From: an uncultured Gemmatimonadales bacterium | GTDB lineage: Bacteria > Gemmatimonadota > Gemmatimonadetes > Gemmatimonadales > GWC2-71-9 | NCBI GenBank assembly: GCA_963842945.1 | Contig: CAWJIM010000001.1 | Coordinates: forward strand, 161,440-225,439 | DNA length: 64,000 nucleotides | Direction: 5' to 3' | Shown here: one piece after another, positions 1-9,940 of the stretch | How the letters are laid out: every line of letters starts with the position of its first letter | Numbering within the stretch: position 1 is the stretch's first letter | Position numbers and translations under genes: made by a program | The notes under the pieces: generated by a model | What the model saw: the letters and a program-made list of their open reading frames with translations, nothing else | What the model was told of the DNA's origin: nothing | Databases searched by the model: none

Positions 1-143
1 TCGACCGCGCGTGGACTGGCGTCTTCCGCCACGACCACGCACCAGCACTTTCCTGCCTGCAATTCCCTGCGAACCGCGTCCACCCCGACCACGACCCGTC
101 CTCCGCGATAGCCCAGCCCGAGGAGGCCCAACAGCCCGCTCAT
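1..143 (-). CDS. L7Ae/L30e-family RNA-binding ribosomal protein (YlxQ-like), 5' part; runs off window edge
   Basis: Manual translation MSGLLGLLGLGYRGGRVVVGVDAVRRELQAGKCWCVVVAEDASPRAV; ATGA overlap with nusA stop; usual position after nusA. Not in the ORF track. Confidence 0.8.
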   Translation of the reverse strand, partial: MSGLLGLLGLGYRGGRVVVGVDAVRRELQAGKCWCVVVAEDASPRAV

Positions 144-1462
144 GCCTTGGGCCGGGTTTCCTCTCCGCTGTCCTCATCGGTGAGCTCGGACACAAACGCC
201 ATGAGCTGGTCCGAAGTTTCCGCCGTCATACCCGGAATCTTCGCGATGTCCTCCCGCTCCAGGTCGAGAATGTCGTTGAGGGTCTTGTAACCGGCGCTCT
301 CCAGGATCCCGGTCAGCTCGGGAGAGAGACCTTTGAGCTCGCTGAGCGGCACCTTGCCCGCCATTTCCTCTTCCGGAGGCAAGGGAGCGAACAGCGGGCC
401 TTCGCCTCCCCGCTCGAACCATTCGCGACTGGAGTACAGATCGATCTTCCAGCCGGTGAGCTCCGAAGCCAGCCGAACGTTCTGGCCGTTACGTCCGATG
501 GCCAGCGAAAGCTGGTCTTCATCCACCACCGCTTGGATCGTCTTGGCCTCGGGATCGGAGAACACTTTGGCGACTCTGGCGGGGGCCAGCGCCAGGCGGG
601 CGAACCGCTCGGGGTCGGGAGACCAGGGAACGATATCGATCCGCTCGCCGCCGAGCTCATTGACGACGGCCTGAACCCGGGAGCCCTTCAAGCCGACACA
701 AGCGCCCACCGGATCGATGGCGTCGTCGCGGGAAATAACCGCCACCTTGGTGCGGCTTCCGACCTCCCGTGCGATAGCGCGAATCTCGACGACCTGCTGC
801 TGGATCTCGGGCACTTCAAGCTTGAACAGAGCCTTCACGAACAGAGGGTCGCCCCGGGAGAGGATGAGCCGCGGGCCCTTGGGCGTCTCTTCCAGACGCT
901 TGAGCACGGCGCGGATGGTGTCGCCCTGATGGAAGTGCTCCCGGTGATTCTGCTCCCGGTAGGGCACGATGGCTTCGGCCTCGCGGAATTTGTTCAGCAT
1001 GATGACGAGCTTGCCGCGCTCGATCTGCTGGACTTCTCCCGATAGAAGCTCGCCCACCTTCGAGGTGAACTCCTCCCGGATCCGGGCCCGCTCGCCTTCT
1101 CGCACCCGCTGGATGATGCGCTGTTTGGCCGCCTGAACCGCCAGCCGGCCAAAGTCGACAAACGGAACTTCTTCCTCGAGCATGTCGCCCACCTGGAAGT
1201 CGGGATCTTCGTACTGCGCCTCTTCCAGGGTGATCTGCGCGCTGGGATCTTCCACCGTCTCCACCACCTGGCGGAGACGCACCACCTTGATGGTGCCCTG
1301 CAGCTCATCGACGCTGAGCTCGAAGCGGACGTTGGGGCCGAATTTGCGTACTAAGGCGGCGTGAATGCCGTCGCGCAGCAGCTCCAGCAGATCGGAACGC
1401 TCGAGTTGTTTTGTCGTGGTCAGCTCGCGAAACGCGGCCAACATTTCAGTCGAACCTGCCAT
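140..1462 (-). CDS. nusA: Transcription termination/antitermination factor NusA
   Basis: FGRLAVQAAKQRIIQ, S1 and KH motifs (DPVGACVG, GERIDIV, SLAIGRNGQNVRLAS), C-terminal HhH-like tail; start taken at MAGSTEM. Confidence 0.97.
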   Translation of the reverse strand: MAGSTEMLAAFRELTTTKQLERSDLLELLRDGIHAALVRKFGPNVRFELSVDELQGTIKVVRLRQVVETVEDPSAQITLEEAQYEDPDFQVGDMLEEEVPFVDFGRLAVQAAKQRIIQRVREGERARIREEFTSKVGELLSGEVQQIERGKLVIMLNKFREAEAIVPYREQNHREHFHQGDTIRAVLKRLEETPKGPRLILSRGDPLFVKALFKLEVPEIQQQVVEIRAIAREVGSRTKVAVISRDDAIDPVGACVGLKGSRVQAVVNELGGERIDIVPWSPDPERFARLALAPARVAKVFSDPEAKTIQAVVDEDQLSLAIGRNGQNVRLASELTGWKIDLYSSREWFERGGEGPLFAPLPPEEEMAGKVPLSELKGLSPELTGILESAGYKTLNDILDLEREDIAKIPGMTAETSDQLMAFVSELTDEDSGEETRPKA

Positions 1463-1520
1463 CCATTCACTCCATAGTGGGCGCGTCCGGCGCCCTGCAG
1501 TGTGTGGGACGCTGTGCGTC

Positions 1521-2007
1521 CTATCGCCCTCGCCTGCCGAAGGCCTCCACATCAGGTATCAAGGTGGCCTCCCGAATCTCCTCCAGCGGGAGCGAGATCT
1601 CGGATCCATCCTCTCGCCGCACGATCACCCGCTCGTCATCCGGTACCGCCAGGATTTCCACCCGTTGCCGGCCAGTTTAGCCCTTCGGCCCGTACCCGAG
1701 CCTGACGGCCGATAAATCGGCGCCAATGCTCCGGCCAGCGGAGAGGCCGATCCAATCCCGGGGACGATACTTCCAGCACGTATCGCGGCCCGACCATAGC
1801 CCTGGATTCGAGGAAGCGTTCGAGTGACCGGCTGATTCCGGCGCAGTCGTCGGCCGTAATTCCCTGGCCAGGTCGACTGTCGGGGCGGTCCACCCGTACC
1901 TGCAAGACGGGGCGCTGCAGGGTTCCGGTCCGCCGGAGATCGACGAGCTCAAACCCGAGCCCGGCAATGTGATCGCGTATGGGAACCAACAGCGCGTCGG
2001 CAGACAT
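1521..2007 (-). CDS. rimP: Ribosome maturation factor RimP, apparent +1 frameshift near 1677
   Basis: GITADDCAGISR and YVLEVSSPGLDRPL motifs; removing one A of CTAAACT restores C-terminus TGRQRVEILAVPDDERV...IREATLIPDVEAFGRRGR*. Confidence 0.9.
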
Positions 2008-2019
2008 CGGCGGAGAAGG

Positions 2020-2048
2020 AAAAAAAATGTGGGGGAACTCCCCCACAT
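2020..2048 (-). terminator. rimP-leader-type intrinsic terminator/attenuator hairpin
   Basis: ATGTGGGGG-AGTT-CCCCCACAT then a T run, ending 12 nt before the rimP ATG; candidate -10 TAATAT at 2090-2095. Confidence 0.75.
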
Positions 2049-2092
2049 CGACAGTCGGCCTGAACAAGCGCCTCCCGGGACAGCGGTAAATA

Positions 2093-2949
2093 TTACTCGC
2101 GGTGTGGGTTGGAGGCAAGCGGAGAGATCAGCCCGAGGTAAGCCACCATTCTGCCGTCCTGGCCCCGGGAGGCCCGATGGCTGTAGAAGGCGCTTCGGTC
2201 GTGGGCCGAGCACCACCCGGATCGGCTTACTTCAGTCAGACCAAGGCGGCGAGCCTGGGCGATCAGAACATCGCGAAGGTCGAGGTGCCAGGGGCCGCTG
2301 CCTTCCGCCGCCATGCCGCACCCGGCCATGACTTCAGATCCAACCTCATAACAGTCCCCGCAAATCCCCACACCACAGTGGATTGCAACATCGCCTTCCG
2401 TAGCCCCTGAGGCGGCGAGCAGGGCCTGCACTCCGTGCTCCAGAATGCCACCGGCTGTCCCCCGCCATCCGGCATGCAGCAGGGCAACGGCGCGATTGGG
2501 CACCACGAGTACACCGGCACACAGTCGGCGACGGTGATGGTCAGCATGACTCCGGGCAACGTGCTCACCCAGCCATCCACGCCCTGGATCTGAATCCAGC
2601 CCTCAGCGGGTCCGACTTCGCGGACCTCGACCCCGTGCACCTGGTTACCGAGCATGATGGCGCTGAATCCCGGCATCGCTCTGCGGAAGGCGAGCCACCG
2701 ATTCATCACCTCGCCGACCGGCTCACGGCTCCACAACCCCAGATCGAATCCCCGGCCGGATTCGTTTCCCCGAGCAGTGATCCCAGCCGCCACGCCATAG
2801 CGCTGCTGCCAGCCTGGTATCTCATATCGGGGGACCGGTCCCGGAATCGAGACCTCAGCGAGAATACCTGGTGGGTTTTGGACTTGGTGCGATTCAGTTG
2901 AAGACCTGTCCCGCTGCCCCGCTGCCCCGCTGCCCCGCCTCCTACCCAT
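2093..2949 (-). CDS. pgeF: PgeF/YfiH laccase-domain protein, apparent -1 frameshift near 2510
   Basis: QVHG, TVADCVPV | HAGWRG and FYSHR motifs split over two ORFs; one added C (TAC CTC GTG) joins them; start uncertain. Confidence 0.85.
2910..2939. repeat. Octamer tandem array (CCCCGCTG)~3.5
   Basis: Direct reading; the G-rich strand begins just after the murA stop. Confidence 0.85.
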
Positions 2950-4231
2950 CCACCCGCTCAATCTCGGCGCCCAGGGCACGCAGCCGCTCATCGATGCGTT
3001 CGTACCCCCGCTCGATCTGCCCCACGTTGTGAATGGTGCTGCGACCTTCTGCCGCCAGCGCCGCGAGCAGCATGGCCATGCCGGCCCTAATGTCGGGCGA
3101 CTCGACCGTGCCACCTTTGAGAGCCGATGGGCCGGAGATCACGGCGCGGTGGGGATCACAGAGCACGATGCGTGCACCCATCCCGATGAGCTTGTCCACG
3201 AAGAAGAGACGGGACTCGAACATCTTCTCGAACACGAGGAGCATGCCGGAGCACTGCGTGGCCGAGACGATCGTGGTGGACATCACATCCGCCGGGAAGG
3301 CAGGCCAGGGGCCGTCCTCCAGCTTGGGGACGTGCCCTCCCAAGTCTGGCCGGATTCGCCGCTCCTGTCCCGCACTTACGGTGAGCCGCGTCCCCTCCAC
3401 CCGGGGCCGAATGCCCAGCCGCTCGAATCCTAGAATGGTGCTGCGCAGGTCTTCGGAGCGGACCGGCTCGATGACGAGGTCGCCATTGGTCACGGCGGCC
3501 AGCCCGATGAAGCTTCCAATCTCGATGTGATCCGGACCGATGGTATAGCTGGTGCCATGCAGCGGCCGGCCGCCTTCGATGGTGTAGATGTTCGAACCGA
3601 TGCCGGCGATTTCGGCGCCCATGGCCACCAGCGCCCGCGCTAGATCCTGCACGTGCGGCTCGCAGGCGGCATTGCGCAGCACGGTTCGGCCTTTCGCCAT
3701 CACTGCCGCCATGAGGGCGTTCTCGGTTCCGGTGACGCTCGGCTCATCGAGGAAGATGTCCTCTCCCTTGAGTTGCTTGGCCTCGAGCTCGTAACGATCC
3801 CCGACCATGACCGAAGCCCCGAGATGTTCCAGGGCCAGAAAATGGGTGTCCACCCGCCGTCGGCCGATGACGTCACCACCGGGAGGTGGCATCGTCACCT
3901 GGCCGAATCGTGCCAGCAGCGGTCCGGCGAGCAGGATCGATGCGCGGATCTTGGCACACAGCGCCGGGTCCAGCGCCTTGGGTTTGACGCTTCGCGTGTC
4001 CACTCGAACCGAATTGGGACCGGTCCAGTCAGCGGCGGCGCCGAGATCGACCAGAAGCGCCAGCATCGTCTCGACGTCGCGAATGCGGGGGATATTGTCG
4101 AGATCGACCGGACCGTCGGCCAGCAAGGTGGAGGCAAGGATCGGCAGCGCGGCGTTCTTGTTGCCGGCGGGACGGACGGTTCCCTTCAGCGGACGACCGC
4201 CGTGGACCAGAAAACGTGGAGGCATGGCCAA
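2942..4231 (-). CDS. murA: UDP-N-acetylglucosamine 1-carboxyvinyltransferase
   Basis: GNKNAALP, RASIL, PGGDVIGRR (Asp at the fosfomycin-target Cys position), DIRAG, IERGYE. Confidence 0.96.
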   Translation of the reverse strand: MAMPPRFLVHGGRPLKGTVRPAGNKNAALPILASTLLADGPVDLDNIPRIRDVETMLALLVDLGAAADWTGPNSVRVDTRSVKPKALDPALCAKIRASILLAGPLLARFGQVTMPPPGGDVIGRRRVDTHFLALEHLGASVMVGDRYELEAKQLKGEDIFLDEPSVTGTENALMAAVMAKGRTVLRNAACEPHVQDLARALVAMGAEIAGIGSNIYTIEGGRPLHGTSYTIGPDHIEIGSFIGLAAVTNGDLVIEPVRSEDLRSTILGFERLGIRPRVEGTRLTVSAGQERRIRPDLGGHVPKLEDGPWPAFPADVMSTTIVSATQCSGMLLVFEKMFESRLFFVDKLIGMGARIVLCDPHRAVISGPSALKGGTVESPDIRAGMAMLLAALAAEGRSTIHNVGQIERGYERIDERLRALGAEIERVDG

Positions 4232-4377
4232 AGCTGACGCCGCCGTGTAGGCGCGTCAAGCCGAGGCAAGGGGGTTGCGGTCATGCCGCGGCGGCTTTGT
4301 ATTAGCGTGATGGGCTATGGGCGGTCCACAGGTCGCATCCGAGCAGTTCGTGAGCCTTCCCCGGAGGTAACTGGCGT

Positions 4378-4857
4378 ATGATGACTCTCGCACTGGCGCA
4401 GGTCGGCGCATCCCAGGAGTGGGTAGGGCCGGTCGCTGCGATCTCGCTGGCCGTTCTGGCACTGTCATTTCTGGGCCTGGCGGTGGCCGTCGCGGTGGCA
4501 GCCTTCAAGGTCGCCGGGCAGGTCCGCAAGGTGAGCACTCTAGTCGACGGGCTGCAGGACGACGTGGCCCGCACCCTGAAATCCCTGCGCCGCCTGACCG
4601 AGCAGGGCCAGGATCTTATGGTGCTGGTGCGGCACGAAGCAGGTGCCTTTGCCCAGACCGCGCGCCGCCTCCGCCGCAAAACCGTTCGGGCAGCCGACCG
4701 GATCGAGGTCAAGCTGGAGGAGCTGGAGACCCTGTACGACGTGGTCCATGACGAAGTGGAAGGCGCGGCCCTGGATGCCGCCGCCGCGCTTCGCTCGGTC
4801 CGCCGGGGGAATGGCATGCTGGGACGGGTCCGGCGCTTCCTGGTGCCGAGTCGCTGA
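4378..4857 (+). CDS. Membrane-anchored coiled-coil hypothetical protein (DUF948-like architecture)
   Basis: N-terminal hydrophobic helix then charged heptads; stop overlaps next start. Confidence 0.65.
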   Translation: MMTLALAQVGASQEWVGPVAAISLAVLALSFLGLAVAVAVAAFKVAGQVRKVSTLVDGLQDDVARTLKSLRRLTEQGQDLMVLVRHEAGAFAQTARRLRRKTVRAADRIEVKLEELETLYDVVHDEVEGAALDAAAALRSVRRGNGMLGRVRRFLVPSR

Positions 4858-5819
4858 TGACGTTGTCACGCCTCTCGCTCGCCTGCGCGGGCGTGGGGCT
4901 GCTTTTCCTGCTGCTTCCGCCCGAGGTGTACGCCTGGACTCCAGGAACCCACATCTACCTGGGCGAATCGGTCCTGGCCAATCTTCCCCACTTACCGGCC
5001 GCTGTGGCCGATCTCCTGCGGGCGTTTCCCTTCGATTTTCTGTACGGCAACATCGCCGCTGATTCGTCCATCGCGAAGCATTACGCCCCGCTCGGCCGGC
5101 ACTGCCACTACTGGCATGTGGGCCAGGAGATTCATGATCTGGCGCCGAGCGACGCGCTTCGAGCGTTTGGGCTGGGCTACCTGAGTCATCTGGCAGCCGA
5201 CACCATCGCCCACAACTACTTCGTACCCCGCCAGCTGATGCTCACCAGCAGCACGGCCGCAGTGGGTCACTCCTATTGGGAAACCCGGGTCGAAGCGCAC
5301 CTGGGCGACGCCTACGCCCGCGCGGCCAAGGACGTGATTCTGCTGGACCATGCGCCGGCTGATGCGCATCTCGATCGAATCATTGCACCCACCATCTTCA
5401 GTGTGCGTACCAACCGCCGCCTGTTCCGAGGCATGGTCCATCTCACCGAGACGACCAGCTGGCAGCGGGCCAGTCAGGTGGCCCGGGAGTACAGCCGCTG
5501 GCCTTTGACGGATGAGGATGTTGAAGGCCACTTGGGACTCTCCTTCGATTTCATGATGGAGCTGCTCACCGAGTCCGTCTCGTCGGCCCGGCACCTTGAC
5601 CCATCGGGAGAGCGGCCGTTGAAGACGGCGAAGGAAATGCGGCGGCGGGTCATTCGCGAGGCGGGCCGGCGGGACACCACTGAGCTGCAAGAGGCCGCGA
5701 ACGAACACTTCGGGCTCCCCCAGCGGCCCCTCGTGTTCTGGAGCAGGATCTCCCAGAAGCTTCCCTGGCGCGCGCCCGAAGGCAGCGCGCCGTCCCCCAA
5801 GAAACTCGTGAGCGGTTGA
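4857..5819 (+). CDS. Zinc-dependent phospholipase C family protein
   Basis: Signal peptide then WTPGTH, GNIAAD, HCH, GYLSHLAADTIAH, HSYWE Zn-ligand pattern. Confidence 0.85.
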   Translation: MTLSRLSLACAGVGLLFLLLPPEVYAWTPGTHIYLGESVLANLPHLPAAVADLLRAFPFDFLYGNIAADSSIAKHYAPLGRHCHYWHVGQEIHDLAPSDALRAFGLGYLSHLAADTIAHNYFVPRQLMLTSSTAAVGHSYWETRVEAHLGDAYARAAKDVILLDHAPADAHLDRIIAPTIFSVRTNRRLFRGMVHLTETTSWQRASQVAREYSRWPLTDEDVEGHLGLSFDFMMELLTESVSSARHLDPSGERPLKTAKEMRRRVIREAGRRDTTELQEAANEHFGLPQRPLVFWSRISQKLPWRAPEGSAPSPKKLVSG

Positions 5820-6769
5820 CCGCTGAGGTCTTCAACTTCGGACGGCCGACGACAAACCATCACGCGGGCACTCCCTCACTGGAGTGCCCTCGGAATCGCG
5901 CTCTGCTGTCTGAGCCCAGGATGGATTTACGCCCAGGATTCTCTCCCCCCGTCCCGGCTGAGTCACTGCCCCGATTCAGCATCGACGCTGAGACCGGGCT
6001 TACCGAAGGCAGCCTTGGCTGGATCAGGGTGACTCCCGCCACAGGTATCACGCTGAATGGAGCAGAGGCGGCAGGCGAACCGCTGCACTTCGAGCCGGCC
6101 GGAGCGAACAGCCTTCGGGCGCTCGTTGGAGTGCCGGTCGAGGCTGGGGATTCGTTCGGCGTCTCGCTGTTCCTGCAGGGGACGGATTGGAGTGACACCG
6201 CACTGGCATACCTGCCGGTGCGCCGGAGCGGATATCCCAGTGAGGTGCTGAAAGTGGCGCCGGGCTTCGTCAAACCCGACAGTGCCGCGGCGGCCCGGAT
6301 CCAGTCAGAGATCCTGAAGAGTCGCGCGGTCTCGAGTCGCTCTCAGTCGCGGACCCGGCTCTGGGCTGGGCCATTTCGGTTGCCGCGGTCCAGCCGCATA
6401 ACCAGTCCCTTTGGAACCGCGCGCGTCTTCAACGGTGAGGTGCAGAGCCGTCACCTCGGGACCGACTTTGCCGGTGCGGTGGGAGAGCCGGTCCTTGCCG
6501 CCGGACGGGGGGTTGTGGCGCTGGTGGCAAACTTCTATCTGGCGGGCGGGACCATCTACCTGGATCACGGCGGCGGGCTAGTCACGGCCTACTTTCATCT
6601 CAGCCGGGCGTACGTGCGACAAGGGCAGATGGTGCGGGCTGGGCAGCGCATCGGCGCTGTGGGCAGGAGCGGACGGGTAACGGGGCCGCATCTCCATTGG
6701 GTTGCTCGATACGGCACCATCTCGGTCGATCCGATGAGCCTGCTCCAGATCTTCCCGGTCGGGCCCTAG
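5816..6769 (+). CDS. M23 family metallopeptidase; N-terminus uncertain
   Basis: HLGTDF (HxxxD), YFHLS, TGPHLHW (HxH). Confidence 0.88.
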   Translation: MTAEVFNFGRPTTNHHAGTPSLECPRNRALLSEPRMDLRPGFSPPVPAESLPRFSIDAETGLTEGSLGWIRVTPATGITLNGAEAAGEPLHFEPAGANSLRALVGVPVEAGDSFGVSLFLQGTDWSDTALAYLPVRRSGYPSEVLKVAPGFVKPDSAAAARIQSEILKSRAVSSRSQSRTRLWAGPFRLPRSSRITSPFGTARVFNGEVQSRHLGTDFAGAVGEPVLAAGRGVVALVANFYLAGGTIYLDHGGGLVTAYFHLSRAYVRQGQMVRAGQRIGAVGRSGRVTGPHLHWVARYGTISVDPMSLLQIFPVGP

Positions 6770-8214
6770 CGCGAAGACTCGCTCTGCGCAGTTTGCCGCA
6801 GCCGCTCCTGTAACAGAGGCTGAACCGCCTTCGGATCGGCCTTGCCCTTACTGCGCTTCATCACCTGGCCCACGAAGAAGGCCATCAGCTTGCTTTCCCC
6901 GTTGCGAAACCGGCTGACTTCGCCCGGATGCGCGGCCAGCACTGCGTCCACCCATCCGGTGAGGGCGCTCTCGTCGCTCACCTGAACCAAGCCTAGTCGT
7001 TCCGCCGCGGCCGCCGGATCTTCAGTGGCGCTCAGGGCCAGCTCGGCGTACACCCGCTTGGCGGCCTGATGGCTCAATGCACCGTCACGAATGAGAGCAA
7101 TGAGACGGGCCAGCCGTTCCGGAGAGACCGGGAACTCGCCGCGCTCATTATAGGTCGTCATCACATCGCCCATGATCCAGTTGGCTGCGGTCTTGGGATC
7201 GACTCCCGCCCGCACCACCGATTCAAAGAACTGCGACAGCTCGGGCTCGCTGGTGATCACCCGGGCGTCATAGGCCGGAAGGGCATACTCGGTTTCCAAT
7301 CGTGTTCGCTTGGCTTCGGGAAGCTCGGGAAGCGCAGCGCGTTGTTCGTCGATCCACGCCGGCGAAAGCACGAGGGGTGGCAGATCTGGGTCGGGGAAAT
7401 AACGGTAGTCGTGACTCTCTTCCTTCGACCGGGTGGGCTTCACCTGGCCTGTTCCCGCGTTGAACAAGAGCGTCACCTGCTCCACCCGTTGGCCGGATTC
7501 CACCAGAGCAATCTGCCGGGCGCGTTCCGCCTCCAGCGCCCGCTCGACGTTGGCGAAGGAGTTCATGTTCTTCACTTCGGTCTTGGTTCCGAGACGTGGG
7601 TCGCCCGGCCGGCGGATGGAAATGTTGGCATCGACTCGGAGGCTTCCCTGCTCCATGCTGCAGTCGCTCACGCCGGCGTATACCAGGATCTGCCGAAGGG
7701 TAGTCAGGTAGGCTCTGGCCTCGGCCGGGGAACGCAGGTCCGGCTCACTCACGATCTCGGCTAGCGGAATGCCCGCTCGGTTCAGATCCACGGCGGTTTT
7801 CCCGGGGTAGCGGTCGTGCAGCAGCTTGCCTGCGTCCTCCTCCAAGTGAAGCCGGGTGATACCAACCCGCATTCGACCCCGCTCAGTAACCTCGAAGCTC
7901 ACACTGCCTCCCGTCGCCAGCGGCTTGTCGAACTGGGAGATCTGGTAGCCCTTGGGCAGGTCAGGATAGAAATAGTTTTTGCGGGCGAAAACGCTGGTCT
8001 GGTGTACAGTGCAGCCCAGTGCCAAGGCGGCCTGGGTTGCCAGGCGAATTGCCTCGGCGTTCGGTACCGGCAGCGCACCAGGCAGGCCGAGACAGACCGG
8101 GCACACGTTGGTATTCGGAGGATCACCGAATGTGGTCCGGTTTGCGCAGAACATCTTGGTGCGAGTGCGGAGCTGCACGTGCACTTCCAGGCCAATCACC
8201 GTTTCCCATGCCAT
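6766..8214 (-). CDS. gatB: Asp/Glu-tRNA amidotransferase subunit B
   Basis: IGLEVHVQL, RKNYFYPDLPKGYQISQ, HLEEDAGK, DYRYFPDPDL. Confidence 0.98.
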   Translation of the reverse strand: MAWETVIGLEVHVQLRTRTKMFCANRTTFGDPPNTNVCPVCLGLPGALPVPNAEAIRLATQAALALGCTVHQTSVFARKNYFYPDLPKGYQISQFDKPLATGGSVSFEVTERGRMRVGITRLHLEEDAGKLLHDRYPGKTAVDLNRAGIPLAEIVSEPDLRSPAEARAYLTTLRQILVYAGVSDCSMEQGSLRVDANISIRRPGDPRLGTKTEVKNMNSFANVERALEAERARQIALVESGQRVEQVTLLFNAGTGQVKPTRSKEESHDYRYFPDPDLPPLVLSPAWIDEQRAALPELPEAKRTRLETEYALPAYDARVITSEPELSQFFESVVRAGVDPKTAANWIMGDVMTTYNERGEFPVSPERLARLIALIRDGALSHQAAKRVYAELALSATEDPAAAAERLGLVQVSDESALTGWVDAVLAAHPGEVSRFRNGESKLMAFFVGQVMKRSKGKADPKAVQPLLQERLRQTAQSESSR

Positions 8215-9644
8215 CAGCGGACCTCTGCCTCGGCGGGAATGGCGCGCTCCAGCGCCGCCGCAGCGGCCAGGAGCCGCTCCTCTTCGAATGCAGGGGCAAT
8301 GAGCTGGGCGCCGATGGGAAGCCCCTCGCTCCGGCCGGCCGGGATACTCACCGCTGGCAAACCGGCCAGGTTGATGGGGCAGACGAAGATGTCGGCCAGG
8401 TACATGGCCACCGGGTCGCCCGTCTTCTCCCCAGCCTTGAAAGCAGGCGTTGGTGTGGTGGGAGTGAGCAACAGATCTACCCCGGCTGCGAAGGCACGCC
8501 GAAAATCCTCGGCGATGAGGGATCTCACCCGCTGGGCTTTCCGGTAGTACGCGTCGTAGTATCCGGCGCTCAGTACATAGGTGCCCACCAGAATCCTCCG
8601 CTGGACTTCGGCTCCGAACCCCGCTCCCCGAGTGGCGCGGTAGAGCGACCGGATGTCGCCCTCTGGACCGATCTGACGGAGCCCGTAGCGTACTCCATCG
8701 TAGCGCGCCAGATTGGCCGCCGCTTCGGCGGGAGCGATGATGTAGTACGTCGGGACGGCATAAGCCGAATGAGGGAGTGAGACCTCTCGGATCTCAGCGC
8801 CCAGCTCGCGGGCGAGTTCAATGGTACGGGTGAGCGCCGCTGCAACTCCCTTGTGGAGATCGGCCGGGAAGTACTCCCGAGGGAGACCAACGGTGACGCC
8901 GCGAAGGTCCTGCCGCGGCTGGGGCGCCCGCATGGGCGGCCGATCTACCGTAGTGGCATCGAGCGGGTCAGGGCCGCTGATCACGCTCAGCACCCGGCCC
9001 GCGTCCTCCACCGTGCGGCCGAACACCGAGATACAATCCAGTGACGAGCCGAATGCTACCAGGCCATACCGGCTCACCCTCCCATAGCTCGGCTTGATCC
9101 CCACCACGCCGCAGAAACTGGCCGGCTGGCGCACCGAGCCGCCGGTCTCCGAGCCCAGCGACGCGGGAACCACACCCGCGGCAACCAACGCCGCCGATCC
9201 TCCGGATGATCCGCCCGGCACGCGAGTGGGGTCCAGCGGATGTTTTACCCGGCCAAACGCCGAGTGCTCGGTGGATGAGCCCATGGCGAATTCATCCATG
9301 TTGCTCTTGATCCCGAGTAGCGCGCCGGCGCTGCGCAGCCGCTCGACCGCCGTCGCATTGAAGGGAGATCGGTACCCCTCAAGGATCCGTGAGGCGCAGG
9401 TGCTCGGCTGCTCCACCGTGACGATGTTGTCCTTGAGCGCGATCGGCATTCCAGCCAGGGGACCCGGCTCCGCCATCGCATCTACCCGGGCCGCCTCGGA
9501 GTCGAGCAGCTCCTGCGACCAGTCCAGGGTTGCATTGAGCGATTGAGCCGCCGCCAGCCGCTTGCCGGTCTCTGCGGCCACAAGAGCTGCCCGTCCACCC
9601 GCAAGCGGGTACCCGCCCCGCTGCGGCGCTGTGCTGCGCGTCAT
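8214..9644 (-). CDS. gatA: Asp/Glu-tRNA amidotransferase subunit A
   Basis: Amidase signature GGSSGGS, GSETGGSVRQPA, LSAGYYDAYY. Confidence 0.97.
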   Translation of the reverse strand: MTRSTAPQRGGYPLAGGRAALVAAETGKRLAAAQSLNATLDWSQELLDSEAARVDAMAEPGPLAGMPIALKDNIVTVEQPSTCASRILEGYRSPFNATAVERLRSAGALLGIKSNMDEFAMGSSTEHSAFGRVKHPLDPTRVPGGSSGGSAALVAAGVVPASLGSETGGSVRQPASFCGVVGIKPSYGRVSRYGLVAFGSSLDCISVFGRTVEDAGRVLSVISGPDPLDATTVDRPPMRAPQPRQDLRGVTVGLPREYFPADLHKGVAAALTRTIELARELGAEIREVSLPHSAYAVPTYYIIAPAEAAANLARYDGVRYGLRQIGPEGDIRSLYRATRGAGFGAEVQRRILVGTYVLSAGYYDAYYRKAQRVRSLIAEDFRRAFAAGVDLLLTPTTPTPAFKAGEKTGDPVAMYLADIFVCPINLAGLPAVSIPAGRSEGLPIGAQLIAPAFEEERLLAAAAALERAIPAEAEVR

Positions 9645-9940
9645 GGGTCCTCCATGGCACCGTGCCTGGGCACCAGGAAGAAGCCATCCTTGAACTCGGG
9701 AGCAAGCTCCGCCGGGGTGCGCGCCAGGGGCACTGCGCCTTCGACGTCCTCCCGGAGCGGGAGCGCGGAAGGTCCCGGCAGAAATGGCTCGGCCATGCGA
9801 TCTGCCGGCACCTCGTCGAGCTGCGCGACATAGTCGACGATCCGGTTCAGCTGTTCTACCAAACGCTCAAGCTCGGGCTCCGGCACCGCCAGCTCTGCCA
9901 GCTTGGCCACGTGCAGCACCTCATCTCGGCGGATCGTCAT
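9641..9940 (-). CDS. gatC: Asp/Glu-tRNA amidotransferase subunit C
   Basis: EVLHVAKLAEL, LREDV, GFFLVP; upstream of gatA. Confidence 0.95.
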   Translation of the reverse strand: MTIRRDEVLHVAKLAELAVPEPELERLVEQLNRIVDYVAQLDEVPADRMAEPFLPGPSALPLREDVEGAVPLARTPAELAPEFKDGFFLVPRHGAMEDP

